DNA from: Lama glama
Lineage: Eukaryota
DNA length: 64,000 nucleotides
Reading direction: 5' to 3'
Assembly (NCBI GenBank): GCA_028534125.1
Contig: CM052817.1
Coordinates: 41,232,001 to 41,296,000 of the forward strand
Shown: positions 36,201 to 45,777 of the stretch, one piece after another
Layout of the letters: the number at the start of each line of letters is the position of its first letter
How positions within the stretch are numbered: the stretch's first letter is position 1
Notes under the pieces: model-generated
The model's input: the letters and a program-made list of their open reading frames with translations, nothing else
What the model was told of the DNA's origin: nothing
Databases searched by the model: none
Made by a program: the position numbers and the translations under genes

Positions 36201-39200
36201 GGTGTCGAGGTGAGCTGGCCCTCGGGCCACAGCTGGTTGGCAGGCTCCTGGCTTATCCTGCCGGTCAATTGTGGAGCCAAACTGAGGTCCAGCAGAGCCA
36301 AAGCCCAGCGCTTCCCAGTCACAAGTGGTCTTTCAAAGAAGCGAGGTTCAGGTGTGCTTTTATCATGGTTACTATGACTGTCTGATTCTAAAATTATAGA
36401 GAAATAGCCAGTAATATTTGAAGGAGAAGGTAATGAGGGTCCTTTACTAATTCAGTTCAGAAACATCCATATGATAGCAGCTGATTGCAAGTATATTCAA
36501 AGGGGCTGTCAAAATTGAAGATTCACTTTGGCTATTTTCAGGGATCTGTGAAACAAAAAATAATCAAAGCCTATCTTTTTTTTTAAGTGACTTTACAGGA
36601 AAATCTGAATTTCCTTCTAGAAGTGAAAATTAGCACTTAATGTTTTTGTGTATGTGCCCAAATGTACGTTTCCCAGACCTCCCTTCACTTAGCATAGACG
36701 TACCACTAGAGTCATGAGCTTAGGGAAACTTCAAAAACCTGCCCTTGGTAAACGACATAGCCCACAATTCGTGTTTGGAGCATTATTTGCATTGTAGCAA
36801 ATTTAGAATCTTCAAGAGCACGTTGGCATTTGAGAGAAAGTGGCGGCTCCAAGCTCTTTGTTCTTTCTGGGCTTAGTAGGATTTAGGGTGCTTTCTGAGG
36901 GATTATTTTAGGTTAATTAATTAAATGCCAGCATATCCAACCAAAGATGTGAGGCAAGAAAATCTTACTAAAGAAGGCTCATTGTCTTTTAAACGACCAT
37001 TAATTTTAATTTACACATTTACATTCCTCCTTCATGTGGGCCCATCTCACAGCATGTTGTGTAAGCGACTGCTTCCGTGGTTTCCCACAAGAGCAGGTGC
37101 TTACTTGTTCTGTTGCACGAAGCCCAGATTTACTCAATAGGAAGTTTGTGGCAACTATTACCAAAAAGTCTGAGCTCTCACATTATCTTGAGCAGTATCT
37201 TCAATAAATAAACAAAATGATGAAATAAAATGTTCATCTAAAAAAAAGTTCATCAAAATGTAGATGTCCAAGTGATAAAAAAACAGTGCAGATTCTGGAG
37301 ATGTGGGTCCCGTATCTTGAAATCTTGGCACCTGCAGTGACAGGTATTCTGTTAATATTTTGCTCTGAGGATTTGCTAAATATGAAATGCAAGAGTTCTT
37401 TTAGTTTTTCGTCCTCTGATGGTGGCTAGACCTTTCGGATGTTATCATATGCTATTGCACTGAGAAAAATTGGGAAAACCAGCAACACAATGAAGCCATC
37501 CTCCTCCCAGTGCCACCTGCCTTTGCTGTGTTTTGGTTATTGACAGCATTTGCATGTGAAGCACAATTATGTAGGGAAGAAAACTGCTGTCATGGGAGGT
37601 AGACAAAGCCCTGTCCGTATTTTAGTTAATTGTAGCCTATTTATGTGATCCAGAGTTAACGTTGTTCATTGACTTCTTGTATTGTTTGATGAGAGATTAA
37701 ATGTTTATTGGCCCAAAACAAACCAGTATCTTCTGTTTTTTTCTAGATTGTGATACCATTCTTCAGTCTTTTAATCAAAGATATTTATTTCCTCAATGAG
37801 GGCTGTGCCAACCGCCTTCCAAATGGCCACGTCAACTTTGAGGTAAGGCTAGGCTGCAAAAATCCACTAGCCTTTCTGCCAACTGTAGCCCAGGCCAGGA
37901 CACCTAAGCTGATTCTCAAGTTCTGGAACCAAGTTTTCTCTTCCTCTCCTGTTTTGTAAGAAAATAACAATCATGAATAGAATAAATTAGCTACACCATT
38001 ATTCTTCATTATCATCTGAAAGTACCTGAGTAAATTTTTACCAACACCCAGCAAACATCTATACCTAGTGTTTATTAAATTTAGAAAGTTAGGCAGTTCA
38101 GAAAATCAGAAGCCAAAGGGGAAGATGAAATGGAATTATCTCATCCAAGCTCATGATTTTTGATCATTGCCTTTAAGTTCTTTCCTTTTATTCTCTTCTA
38201 GAAATTTTGGGAACTGGCCAAACAAGTGAGTGAATTCATGACGTGGAAACAAGTGGAGTGTCCGTTTGAGAGGGACCGGAAGATCTTGCAGTATCTGCTC
38301 ACAGTCCCAGTCTTCAGTGAAGATGGTGGGTAGCCTGTTTAGCTGGAGCCACCACCACTATGAATTTTACCATCAGGAAATTGGTATAGAAGTGCTTGGT
38401 GCCTGGTTGCTCATGTAGTGTGAGGCCTGTCTCTAGGGTTATTCCATATTCAGAGTTGTCTGTTGCACAGAAAAACCGTATGATTTATCCCTAAAGTATC
38501 TGAGTCAGGCACTCACTGACTCTTGACCCAGAAACAGTATGTTTCCATGTTTAAACATTCTTTATAATATTTGCTCTGCAGAGCTTTGGGCACGAATGGA
38601 AAGCTATGGCAGGATTTTTTTCGCCTTGTTGGGGCTTGCTTTAATGGAGAAAAAAGGTGTTTTGTGGTATGTTGATAGTCAAGGTAAACTGAAAAGCAAC
38701 ATAATCAGTTGCTACCCCTGCTGTTTGAAAAAGTAGTGGAGAAGTCTTAACATGTTAAAGCATTAGGAAATTTGAGTTGGAAACAGTGATTGTGTATAGA
38801 AAAAATTGACCAGAAATTTAAAGTTTGTAAAAAAGTGGGAATTTATTCTGTTGACCTGTTTCATCCTAATATTATAGAAATCAACAGCATTGTTAACAGA
38901 TTTTCTCATAGTCTGTTGATGGTGTTTGTGAAAATGACTAAAGAACATTTTGAATTAATATTGCCCATTCCAGAGGGGACTTGATTGTTATTGACCTCTG
39001 CAAACAGGATTAATAACAAGCTTTTAAATCCTTGAACTCTTTTTGACTTAAACAGAAAACCATTAGAAGGATGAAACACTGTCCTAGAAAGTCTGGCTTT
39101 TTACTTGCCAAAAAGTCTTTTAAAAATTGATCTACCAGGAAAGCCTCTCCTTTCCATCCCCCTTCTTTGTAAAGAATGTAAGTGTGAGTGTATGATAGTG

Positions 39201-42200
39201 TTGTGTGGCTGGCATTTTTAAGCCTTTTTTGCCTCATATATTGTCTTCATTAGCCAAGTGTCTTAGTTAACCTTTTTGGCTTAGCGGCCCTTAGGTTTTT
39301 GTTGAGATGGTCAGCCAGGGGCAAAGTGGCCTTCTGTGCTCTCAGTGAAACTAGGAAGCTTGCCAGTGGTGATTTGACATTTTAAAGAGTGTGTTTTGCT
39401 GTCGGGTTTGGCTCCAGTGGAATAGGGGAGGGATGGTACTGGGTAATGCCTCAGAGAAGGCTTCGGTGTTAATGCATTCTTACTTTTCATTGATTGCAGC
39501 TCTCTACTTGGCTTCCTATGAAAGTGAAGGACCTGAAAATCACATAGAGAAAGACAGATGGAAGTCCTTGAGGTGGGTCTCCTTGCTTCTCGGTGCTGTG
39601 CGCATCTAAAGCTGATGGCGGGCTGCAGTGAAGAAGCCGCGTGCTTGCTGGGGGAAGGCCCTGCCTGCGCGTTCCAAGTCCTCTCTGCACCTCATCTGGT
39701 CACTGAATCTTTGTGGCTTGGAATCCTCATTGCCATCATTCAGTTTTACTGCCTCCTTTTTTTTAATGTATACTGGCAGATACACAGTGACTGTTCCTCT
39801 GTCTCTTCCATTATTTTATGGAAGGAGGAACTGAAATGACCCCATGGTATGTTAAACAGGGCAGCAGCTCGTTTTCTTTGTCTAAAAGATAAGGCATTCA
39901 GACTGTGTTCCTGAACAGTTCTACCACTAAAATTTTATTGGACCTGAGATAAAAGAGACCTAAGTCCCAACTGGTTCAGTAAATTCGGGTGTTTTACTTA
40001 TCAGCTGGATGTCAGTGTCTGCTCTTTGGTTTGAGAGACAGAGAGGAAAAAAAAACTTTATTAAAACTTTTTTTTTCAATCATTCAATTAATTATTTTTA
40101 ATGGAGGTACTGGGGATTGAATCCAGGACCTCGTGCTTGCTAAGCATGCGTTCTACCACTGAGCTGTGCCCTTCCCCATCCTGAGAGAAAAACTTTCAGT
40201 GCAATCCAGAATCTTTTCAAATTTAAAAATTTTATCAATCTATTAGTATTTTCAAACAAATGTACTTTCAGACAAAACTAGGATAGGCAAGTTTGCATTT
40301 TTACCATTGGAGATGCTTTAATAGGCAAAAGCAGCCCAGGCTGTAGTATTACTATAAACTAGAGTGCTGTTACCTGTGCTGCTACTCAGAGACTCTGGGA
40401 ACATGTGCTTTTTTGTACCAGGTTGAGAAGCCCATTTTCTCTTCTTCCCAAAGTCATTTGAGAGCCTTCATTATACTTGATCCTGGGCTAGGCTTCCTGA
40501 ACCAGGGTACCTAAGATACATTTGGATTTATGAGATTTTGTTTTAAAGGAAAATTTAGGCCTTGTTTGTACCTTTCATTAAGGACCGATGAGATGCAGAG
40601 GCGTTGTTACCCTTAGAATAAGCTGCAGTGATAGGTAAAGGATTGAAGATGTTTCTTGTTTCCCAGACGCAAACATAAGCTTTAAGTTACGGCCATCGCC
40701 GGGAATTGGGGGAATATAACAAGTGTGCTGGGCCGATGCCCAGTTCTCCTTTGATGAAATTTTGTACCTACTAGTGGCACGTTTGTATTAACATTTTGTA
40801 CTACTTTGTGTTGGTATTAAGGGATCTTTACTGCACCATTTAATAGTATTCTTGTGTAAACCATGAGCCTCAGAGTACACATGTTGCTGGAAAAGAGATT
40901 TGGGAATTACTCCTTGGGGTTATTCTTTTTGGACGAACTTTGCCTTCCACGTTTCTCCTCTTATTCATCCCCCCTTCCCATTCTTTAAAAACATTAAGTT
41001 GATATGGCCCCTGAGTACAGCTTAGCTATTGTTACTTTTCTTAGAGATTTTTTTTAAATTGGTAAACAGAGAAATTGGGGTACATAAATGATTCCTGGTA
41101 TCTGCATTGCCTGTGAAATCCAGACATACTATAACAATCCAGAGCTCCCACACATTTCTGTTCTAATTGTTTTTCTTTTCTGATTCTTATTCTTTTGTGC
41201 CATATTCCTATTGATTTGTGGTTATTTGGAAGGGTTTGTAAATCCAAGGGTTAATCGTAATGCTAAAGGTTAATTTATACAGTCTTTTCCCATATCTGTA
41301 TGTACTGCACACACAATATACATTTAATATTTAACATTTGATAGGTTGAAATGTGACCAAAGAGTTCAGTGGGGAATTTAGATACATGAAGGGAAAGAGA
41401 GGGGTTGCTGTACTGGCCTAATCAGACTCCACTCAAAAGTGCTTAATAGTATGGTTACCAGGGAAAGGGGGTGGGAAGGGATAAATTTGGGAGTTTGAGA
41501 TTTACAAGTTTTAGCCACTATATATAAAAATAGATTTAAAGAAGTTTCTTCTGTATAGCACAGGGAGCTAGGCTCAATATCTTATAATAACCTTCAATAA
41601 AAATGAATATATATATGTATATGCATGATTGGGACATTGTGCTGTACACCAGAAATTGACACATTGTAACTGTACTTCAATTAAAAAAATTAATTAAAAA
41701 AATTCAAGTAAAACAAACAAAAATAACTGCTTAATAGCAATGCTCCTAGTAAAAATTCACAGGGATTAGCAGCAGCACACACAGAATGAATGATACATAA
41801 GGAAATGTGCATATAAACACAGCGATGATGTATTCTTGGCATGAAAATCTAGTTTCCAAGTCAAAACTGTTTTTTCAGGGGCCTTGGAAGACAAACTCTC
41901 CTTTGAGTCTGGGTTTAAGCAGTGTACTCTGCTTTTCTGTATCTTGTCTAATCTCAAGGCCCCACTCCAGTACCTCCCTCTCCCTGACCCATCTCTCCCC
42001 AGAAAGAGACCCACATGAACTCATACACCCTGAAGCATCTTCCTCTGCTGTTATAGACCCAGTTGTTCTGTAGTGTGTGCTGCTTTTCCCTACTGCTGTG
42101 CAAGCCTTTGAGGGCAAGCACAGGGTCTTCCCTCCTGTCTGCCATGGCTCAGTGTCACAGGCTATTGAGGAATGGCATTGGGTGACTGTAGGTGTTGGAC

Positions 42201-43519
42201 AAGGCAGAGCAGCACCAAAGAGGATAGAAAAAGAAATAGGGTTACATGCTCCCCAATGTTCATAGGCACTATTTACAATAGCCAAGACATGGAAACAACC
42301 AAAATGCCCATCGACAGATGAGTAGATAAAGATATAATATATTTATACAAAGGAATACTACTCTGTCATTAAAAAAGAATAAAATAATGCCATTTGCAGC
42401 AACATGAATGGACCTAGAGATTATCATACTAAATGAAGTCAGACAGAGAAAGACAATATCCTATGATATCACTTATATGTGGCATCTTTTAAAATGACAC
42501 AAAAGAACTTATTTACAAAACAAAAATAGACTCACAGACAGAAAGCAAACTTATGGTTACCAAAGGGGATGGTGATGGAGGATAAATTAGGAGTTTGAGT
42601 TTAGTAGATACAAAATACTATATACAGAATAGATAAACAACAAGGCCCTACTGTGTAGCACAGGGAATGATATTAGCTTATAATGACCTATAATTTAAAA
42701 ATGTGAAAAAGAATATATATATATATATTATATAATAAAATAAATAAAAATATATATAATCACTGAATCACTATGATGGACACCAGAAACTAACACAACA
42801 TTGTAAATCTTCAATTAAAAAAAAATCATATGACCATAAAAAAGAAAGAAAGAAACAGGCTATGAACCTTGGCAAAACCACATATGCCACAGATGGTGAG
42901 GCTTCTTATTCTAGAATGATAGGACCCATGTGAAACTGTGTGCTACATTGGCTTTGCTGGGAGTACAATATTTTTACATAGGTACTTCTGCCGGTCCTAG
43001 AGCCACTCACTCAGACACTTAGGTTCAGCAGTGATGATGACAAATACACCTCTGAGGGGAGACCCCTTTCTTGGCACTTGTTATTTAAATGCTCTCCGCA
43101 GGCACGGCCCTTGAACCCACTCAGATTTACTAAGTAACCCGTCAGTGATGAGACCGGTGTGTATCTAAAAAAAGCCTTTTTTTTTTTTTAATTAGGAATG
43201 ACCTGGGTTTTGTGTGTGTGTGTGTGTGCTTGTTAATATCAAGCCACTCAAGATAGAGATTTACCTATAAATAAAGTTTTTGCCATCTCCACCAACATGT
43301 ATTTATTTTAGTGATTAAGCAGTTCTCCAGAAAAACCTGAAGGACTTCAGTGCTTCATCTTTTTTTTTTTTTTGGTCCTCTTTTTAACATCAAACTTAAA
43401 ACTTGGGAAAATGAAACAAGCATTAGGCAAGGATATTCATCCTCCTTCATATCATCTGCCACCTTTGTGCTTATCTTGTCTTCTTATTACTCAGGTCCAG
43501 CCTCCTAGGCAGAGTTTAA
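18416..43519 (+). CDS. RASGEF1B: RASGEF1B, Ras-GEF domain-containing family member 1B (N-terminal REM + CDC25-type GEF domain); spliced CDS of 13 exons, 472 aa
   Basis: join(18416-18592,20281-20403,20763-20900,26606-26818,27418-27492,29028-29123,29242-29344,30814-30893,32172-32267,37747-37842,38202-38325,39500-39572,43495-43519). All introns are GT-AG with consistent phases. Protein MPQTPPFSAMFDSSGYNRNLYQ...GNFNSLMAIISGMNMSPVSRLKKTW...IPFFSLLIKDIYFLNEG...KDRWKSLRSSLLGRV* recognised as RASGEF1B. Confidence 0.97.
20281..20403 (+). CDS. RASGEF1B: RASGEF1B exon 3; RTYIF...PNGDK, 123 nt
   Basis: Acceptor ttttgccacag|, donor AAG|GTAATG; phase 0/0. Confidence 0.97.
20763..20900 (+). CDS. RASGEF1B: RASGEF1B exon 4; NQIRK...ASGEE, 138 nt
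   Basis: Acceptor tttcttcctag|, donor GAG|GTTGGT; REM motif LLTEWTETFPYDF. Confidence 0.96.
21473..21600 (+). mobile_element. tRNA-derived camelid SINE (Vic-1-like), intron 4
   Basis: GGGGAGGGTATAGCTCAAGTGGTAGAGCGCATGCTTAGCATGCATGAGGTC..TTCAATCCCC with Pol III A/B boxes and an A-rich tail containing aaacctaatcacccc. Confidence 0.85.
23380..23655. mobile_element. L2 LINE 3' end remnant
   Basis: cctagcccagtgcctggca..taggcacttaggtgtatttgaatgaatgaatgaa terminus. Confidence 0.7.
24231..24262. repeat. (CA)n microsatellite
   Basis: About 16 CA units, read directly. Confidence 0.95.
24648..24995 (-). mobile_element. L1 3' end fragment (L1MA-like)
   Basis: T-rich head, then ggtatacaacataatgattcaat...atctactctcttagcaactttg...ccatgctgtaca. 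Confidence 0.8.
25869..26277 (-). mobile_element. 5'-truncated L1 3' end with 11-bp TSD
   Basis: Poly-T head, ttagtttctggtgtacagcacagtgattcag; TSD TATATGTGGTT at 25858-25868 and 26278-26288. Confidence 0.88.
26606..26818 (+). CDS. RASGEF1B: RASGEF1B exon 5; TYRKN...THIEL, 213 nt
   Basis: Acceptor ctccctggcag|, donor CTG|GTGAGG; LAQQLTHIE marks the start of the CDC25 domain. Confidence 0.95.
27228..27322 (+). mobile_element. Vic-1-like SINE with small internal deletion, intron 5
   Basis: GGGGGTATAGCTCAGTAGTAGAG..GCTTAGCATGCATGGGTTCAATC, (CAAAA)n tail, degenerate TSD aatga(g/a)g(a/g)tagt. Confidence 0.85.
27418..27492 (+). CDS. RASGEF1B: RASGEF1B exon 6; ERLNY...DNDK, 75 nt
   Basis: Acceptor gtgtttcag|, donor AAG|GTAATT. 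Confidence 0.96.
27624..27750 (+). mobile_element. Vic-1-like SINE, intron 6
   Basis: GGGGGAGGATATAGCTCAGTGATAGA...GAGGTCCTAGGTTCAATCCCCAG, A-rich tail, aaagttt TSD-like flanks. Confidence 0.85.
29028..29123 (+). CDS. RASGEF1B: RASGEF1B exon 7; SCYSE...TEICM, 96 nt
   Basis: Acceptor tttctctgcag|, donor ATG|GTGAGA; WFNRLSYLVATEI motif. Confidence 0.96.
29242..29344 (+). CDS. RASGEF1B: RASGEF1B exon 8; PVKKK...MAII(S), 103 nt
   Basis: Follows a 118-nt intron; acceptor tttctatgcag|, donor T|GTGAGT; GNFNSLMAI CDC25 motif. Confidence 0.96.
30330..30690 (+). mobile_element. Old L1 (L1M) fragment
   Basis: gacacttcacaaaag...atcagagaaatacaaatcaaaa..cacagtgaaataccatttcaccc...ctttggaaaa is typical of the L1 ORF2 3' region. 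Confidence 0.7.
30814..30893 (+). CDS. RASGEF1B: RASGEF1B exon 9; (S)GMNMSPVSRLKKTW...DVLE, 80 nt
   Basis: Acceptor ctggaaag| (AAG), donor GAG|GTATGT; RLKKTW motif. Confidence 0.94.
31355..31512 (+). mobile_element. Short L1 3' end
   Basis: aatatcttgtaataacctataatg...gctgtacaccagaaattaacacaacattgtaa + A-rich tail. Confidence 0.85.
32172..32267 (+). CDS. RASGEF1B: RASGEF1B exon 10; HQMDPSSNFYNYR...SREK, 96 nt
   Basis: Acceptor ttgtccacag|, donor AAG|GTATGT. Confidence 0.96.
33147..33382 (+). mobile_element. Vic-1-like SINE with extended 3' tail, intron 10
   Basis: tRNA-like head GGGGAAGGGTATAGCTCAAGTGGTAGAGC; TSD AAAAGAAAAACA at 33134-33145 and 33383-33394. Confidence 0.85.
34782..34875 (-). 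mobile_element. Vic-1-like SINE, antisense, intron 10
   Basis: Reverse-complement head (ccaggacctcgtgcatg..taccactgagctatgccctccc); 15-bp TSD gatc(g/a)ggat(c/t)atctt at 34767-34781 and 34877-34891. Confidence 0.88.
34950..35490 (+). mobile_element. L1 3' fragment with internal (TG)n/(CA)n microsatellite
   Basis: cagcagttccacttctgggtatt...gatacatgcaccccatgttcactgcag...tgccatttgtgacaacatggg...atgctaagtgaagtaaatcagacagacaaagacaaa. Confidence 0.85.
35911..36250. mobile_element. MER58-like hAT DNA transposon
   Basis: caggagttggcacacttttt...ggccagg...ctgttgcaactactcac...gggccacagctgg; opposite orientation to the copy at 45481. Confidence 0.7.
37747..37842 (+). CDS. RASGEF1B: RASGEF1B exon 11; IVIPFF...VNFE, 96 nt
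   Basis: Acceptor ttttttctag|, donor GAG|GTAAGG; IPFFSLLIKDIYFLNEG motif. Confidence 0.97.
38202..38325 (+). CDS. RASGEF1B: RASGEF1B exon 12; KFWEL...FSED(A), 124 nt
   Basis: Acceptor ctcttctag|, donor G|GTGGGT. Confidence 0.96.
39500..39572 (+). CDS. RASGEF1B: RASGEF1B exon 13; (A)LYLASYESE...KSL(R), 73 nt
   Basis: Acceptor gattgcag|, donor AG|GTGGGT. Confidence 0.96.
40060..40157 (-). mobile_element. Vic-1-like SINE, antisense, intron 13
   Basis: ggaggtactggggattgaatccaggacctcgtgc..taagcatgcgttctaccactgagctgtgcccttcccc with a T-rich tail; gagag..aaaaacttt TSD-like flanks. Confidence 0.87.
41451..41725 (+). mobile_element. 5'-truncated L1 3' end with TSD
   Basis: atggttaccaggggaaaggggg...tgtatagcacaggga...tgtacaccagaaattgacacattgtaa; TGCTTAATAG repeated at 41440-41449 and 41728-41737. 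Confidence 0.87.
42243..42850 (+). mobile_element. L1 3' fragment
   Basis: tacatgctccccaatgttcata..atttacaatagccaagacatggaaacaacc...caccagaaactaacacaacattgtaaa + A tail. Confidence 0.88.
43495..43519 (+). CDS. RASGEF1B: RASGEF1B exon 14 coding part; (R)SSLLGRV*
   Basis: Acceptor cttattactcag|G TCC AGC CTC CTA GGC AGA GTT TAA. Confidence 0.93.
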
Positions 43520-44900
43520 CACACGAGATGCTGCTGCTGCTGCCGCCGCCGCCACCACCGCCACCGCTGCTGTACCACGCAGGTCATCGAGGGGCTGGCC
43601 TTTGTTTTCCAGGCACCCAAAGCTACAAAAAAATCATGACATCCCCGTGAGCAGGCTCCCTCAAGAGCAGATGGGGTCCTGATTCCCCACAGCTGACAGA
43701 CTGACTCAGATTTTGTGAGACTGAAATGTTCACTGAAGACACTGGAGAAAGAATCCTCTAGAGATCCCAGCTCTGCAATGACTCATCTCCTGGAATTTCC
43801 ATGTGAATCACGGCTCTGCACCTGGATGGAACTTTCTTTTGTGTGTGTGTGGGTTTTTTTTTTTTTTTAATTTGGTTCAACATTTGCTGCTAATGGGACT
43901 TGCCCAGCTGAGTGCTGGCTCTTAGGAAGCCCATGTTTCTTTGTTAACTTAAAAGAAAAGGGGAGAGGAAGGAGGGGAAGAAAACCCTCTATTTAGATCC
44001 CAAACTTCAGCTCAGCGGTGTTGCCGAGAGGGGTGAGGCTGGCTGAATGCCGACGGCAGACTTTGTCTCCCTGAGTTGGACCTGGGTTGTGAATGCCTCT
44101 CCTCCCTGTTCCTACGAGGTTTTGAGTTGGCTGCTGGTTAGCAAACTCCTTTTTACCCATATAAGTTATTTAATATAATAATGAAGCTCAACACTGTGGT
44201 AGGAGAATAGCCACTAGGAAAAAAAAAAAGCAGAGTTTGTCATTGGACTGCATACCGTTCTTGAAGGACCCTCTGTTTTCTCTGCCCTTCTGAGCTGTTG
44301 ACAACTCACCGCCGTGTTCTACAGATGGATTTTTCAGTAGTTTTTTTGTTACTTAGTTTTCCATGATGCCTATTTGTTTTTCCTCTTGTACATTTAAATT
44401 ATCTGACTTTAAGGGAAAAAAACCCCATGGCCTAATTACAATTTTTTTTTAGCAGACGGTTATTTTTCATTACCTTTTGGAGTCTGTTGGTGACTAAACG
44501 TGTGAACAAAGAACACGTTGGAAAAGTTACCCCCAACCTCCCTCCCAACTAGAGCAGTGAACAAAACAAATGAAAAACATCTTGCTGTGAACTCAGAGGT
44601 CGATCTAATTGTGAAATAGTTCACCTTGTTAAACATCTAAGTAAGTCTGTGGTTGCTCTGCAAACAGCCATTGTATTTATTTACTCTAGGAGAAACTGTA
44701 GAGTAGTAAACTGTGCTAATGAAAAAAAAGACATCATGTTCAAAACAGAGATGTATTTGAAACCTTAATGACATGATTTCAAAAAACAGAGCATGTCTGT
44801 ATGCTGCACGCCACCTCAGCAGACCTAAAATGTCTCTGAGTTGTCCCTTTCCAACGAGCAATATATTTGACACTCTGCGGCCAGGAGTTGTGGTGTCTTT
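43520..44900 (+). other. RASGEF1B: RASGEF1B 3' UTR (3' end uncertain)
   Basis: Unique, U-rich sequence after the stop with an AU-rich TATTTATTTA near 44674. Only variant poly(A) signals are present (AATATA ~44172, AGTAAA 44705-44710, AATATA ~44860 followed by a GU-rich tract). Confidence 0.55.
43531..43572 (+). repeat. Compound trinucleotide repeat (CTG)4(CCG)3(CCA)2 CCG CCA CCG (CTG)2 in the 3' UTR
   Basis: Read directly; 14 triplets beginning 12 nt after the stop codon. Confidence 0.95.
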
Positions 44901-45480
44901 CTTTTCTTTAATGGTCAGGATTGGTCAGGGGTGAGGGAGGGGCAGGGGGCTGTAGTCTCCATCACTTAACTCAAGTGACTGGCGAAAAATGTGTCTGTCC
45001 TTGCCTGGGCACTGACTTTCTGAAAATCAATCGTAGCAAGCATTTGATAAGCATCACTTGCCAGGCACTTCTAAGTATGGCTCATCACCCCCTACTTTTT
45101 CAGTATGGATTCAGGCATATTCATAATAATGGTGACTTGTCTAAGGCCATGTAGCTAATGAGAGACACAAAGATTTGAGCTAGACCTCCTAAACCCAGAG
45201 CCCAGGCTTTAGATCACACCACCAAGCCGTCTCAGACTTCAAGATAATCTTCAAACTTGCAGGGACTCTGGGGATCGTGTTGCTGTGCAGATGTGGATTC
45301 TGTGGGTCTGGGGTGGGGCCTGGGCAATGCTGATGCCGCTGGTCCTGGCATCCGCAGAGTAGCAGAATGCCCCGCGGTCCTGCCTCCTCGCCCCTGCACT
45401 GCCTTTCCCTGAACTCTGCACCCTGCATGTGTTGCCATGACAGCAGCAACGTTCATCTTTCTTTCAACCGTGTACGTCGT

Positions 45481-45777
45481 CGGGGGTCTGCAAACCGTGG
45501 GCTGCCAGCCGAATCTGCTCATTTCGCTTGGCTCACAAGGTGACAATGGTTGAAAAAAGATCAAAAGAAGAATAATATTTCTTGAGAGGTGAAAATTGTA
45601 TGAAATGCAAACTTCCATGTCCATAAATGAAGTTACTGGCGCACAGACACTCGTCGCCTCACACACTTTGTTGTGACTGCTTTCTGCTACAGTCTTGTAG
45701 TTGTGACAGAGAGTGGAGGACACACAAAGCCTCAGATATTTACTCTCTGCCCTTTACAGAAAGTTTGCTGACCCTGA
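45481..45777. mobile_element. MER58B-like hAT DNA transposon
   Basis: ggggtctgcaaac...aaaagatcaaaagaagaataatattt...ctctgccctttacagaaagtttgctgaccctg. Confidence 0.75.
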
